From the NCBI GenBank assembly GCA_000091205.1, contig AP006501.2: a DNA stretch of 64,000 bases, one strand, 5' to 3'. This DNA comes from Cyanidioschyzon merolae. Its lineage: Eukaryota. A program made the position numbers and the translations under genes. Shown here piece by piece: positions 62,380 through 64,000 of the stretch. The notes below the pieces were generated by a model. The model had not been told where the DNA came from, made no database searches, and saw only the letters and a list, made by a program, of their open reading frames with translations. How positions within the stretch are numbered: position 1 is the first letter of the stretch; the number at the start of each line of letters is the position of its first letter.

Positions 62380-64000
62380 GCAATCTGGGATCCATGGTCC
62401 AGTTTAGACGTTTTGTCATCGGAAAACGAATCGACGCTTAGCGAGCGCACCTAGGAGATCTGGCAGGCATGAGACACGACGCGTACGGTGCCGTTGTTGA
62501 AGGGAAACGCGATTTTGATCAGTAGCGTGTTATTCAGCTGGAAAAGTTGGATTTCCGTTCAGGACGTAGCAACGTATAGTTTTTCAGTTCATTTGTGTTT
62601 CAAAACTCAAACAAGTCTAGTCAAGTGTTTTTTTCGTAGTATATTGGAGAAGCGTTCACAGAGTGCTTCTTTTCAAAAAAACTAAAAGAAAAGGAAAGTT
62701 ATGAAAAACTGAGTCGACGATCCTGGAGGCCCAGGGTCGCTGGCTGCCGGAGATGAACACATTGTTTCGAGTCCAGAAGAAAGAGGAAGAGAAGAAGAAC
62801 CGAAAGAAGGAGGCCCGACGCCAATGGCAGCAAGAAAGACGACGATACGACGAGATGGTGGTGAAAGCCTGTCTTCTTAATTATATCAAGGATCTCTACA
62901 AGCACAAATTGCAAGAGGACATCCAAAACCGTGTCGACTCGTACTCTAAGAGTATTGTCAAGGCCTCGTCAGGACTGATGCATTTGGCGAGGGAGATGTA
63001 CGGAGACGTGGCGCACATGGAAACGGTCGAGATTCCTGACGAGTTTTTCGACATGACCTTTCTTCGTCACCTGATGCTTGGTACAGCGAAAGCGCGGAAG
63101 GAAAATGTGCTAGTGCATGCCCTCCACGAAAACTTCGCGGAATTCCGCTTCGAGGGTAATCGATACAGCGGTGACGGAAATATTTACACCTACGGGCGAT
63201 GAAGTACCTCACGAACCTGAAGAACCATTTGACGATGAACCTCAAAAGTTTCACGATACGTTCCGTGTTTGGACTCTACCCGGACCCATATCGCAAAGGG
63301 ATATGGGCCATCATCAATGGCATCACGAACGATCGCTTTCATGAACAGGAGATCGAATTCTTCGACAAGAAGACATTACACAGGAGAAAGAATGAAGCTT
63401 CTGTGATCTGCGCGGTCATACAAGAGTACCATGCAGTACTGGGGCTGGCGAATCCAGCAGACAAGATATCAGCTACGAAAAAAGATAAGAAATAATGTTA
63501 TCACCTTATCCTGCGCTATTTTGTGTTTTTGGACCGAGAACTCGAACGCAAGGCCGAAAGGCAGCTGAGTGGGGGAAAATGAAGAGTTGTTGGAACGGAA
63601 GGCTGCCCTGATGGGGAAGTGCTTCAACGTCGTTCCGTTGTGCAGCATCAAGTCACATTTTGTGAATATCGACTCCGGAGTCCTTCATGGCATCGTGAGA
63701 GAGATCAGTCCGGAGTTCGATGTAAGGAAGATAGAGTCCACCGACGAAATGCGGGAGACGTTCTAGAAAATTATCCTTAATTTCAAACGTCTCAAAGTGA
63801 GCAAGCAAAACATATTCACTGGGATGATCGAAACCGATGGAGTAGCCATGTGTGTACACTATCGGCGGTTGAAAACAGATCGGCCAGTTCCGTCCTCGGC
63901 TTCGCCCGTGACGAAGGATGAGGAAAACAAAGAGGTGGATCCTGCGACGCAGAAGGTGCATGAGAACGACTTTGTCGTTGGCGCACACCCCGGAAACACA
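62380..64000 (+). mobile_element. Repeated two-ORF element, copy E (ORF1 plus the start of TnpB/Fanzor-like ORF2). It runs off the window end.
   Basis: ORFs 62753..63202, 63199..63495 and 63569..63766 and the frame from 63780 are co-linear with copy B ORFs 4537..6247 at about 60-70% aa identity. The leader (62425-62700) and the ORF1/ORF2 junction block (ATCCTGCGCTATTT.GT.TT…GACCGAGAACTCGAAC.CAAGGC.GAAA) are conserved. The end of the window shows …[12 protein letters not shown] (the RuvC-I-like block, with D replaced by H). Confidence 0.45.

Overview
This window looks like nuclear DNA from a GC-rich (about 55-60% by eye), intron-poor eukaryote. It is not prokaryotic: a ribosomal protein uL14/RPL23 gene is split by a 237-nt GTAAGT...TTTAG spliceosomal intron. 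Most other genes are long single-exon ORFs spaced about 3 kb apart. The organism is probably photosynthetic and plastid-bearing. Supporting this are a PGRL1 (PGR5-like 1) homolog, an organelle-type DNA gyrase A with a long N-terminal extension, and N-terminally extended HisA and TadA-like genes. I cannot assign the lineage from sequence alone. Confidently recognised genes are GyrA, DDX1 (SPRY domain inserted in the DEAD helicase), a WDR26/GID7-like LisH-CTLH-WD40 protein, a PHD+ARID protein, HisA/HIS6, a patatin-like phospholipase, PGRL1, a tRNA adenosine deaminase, a multi-pass membrane class-3 lipase, an ankyrin-repeat protein, a bromodomain protein, PITHD1, RPL23, a pfkB sugar kinase, an SDR/3-ketosphinganine-reductase-like protein, and a truncated XPG/Rad2 N-terminus at the window start. 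Two repeat families stand out. The first is a decayed multi-copy two-ORF element. Its second ORF carries, in the correct order, RuvC-I-like, 'YTSQ'/CxxC-like and RuvC-III-like motifs typical of TnpB/Fanzor (OMEGA) nucleases. All copies are pseudogenised, and the RuvC-I Asp is replaced by N or H in every copy. Copies lie at about 2.0-2.8 kb (-), 4.3-6.45 kb (+), 6.55-6.93 kb (+), 24.0-24.5 kb (+) and 62.4-64 kb (+). The second is an approximately 1.3-kb dispersed repeat with five copies. Two direct copies flank HisA. Two nearly identical copies form a 1.37-kb inverted repeat around a 1.6-kb spacer that carries only the PGRL1 gene. A partial copy lies at about 60.9-61.4 kb. Both flanking pairs bracket a single approximately 1-kb gene with about 3.0 kb periodicity. 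Several micro- and minisatellites and a 120-bp tandem duplication are present. Every homology call rests on motif recognition by eye and needs database confirmation.
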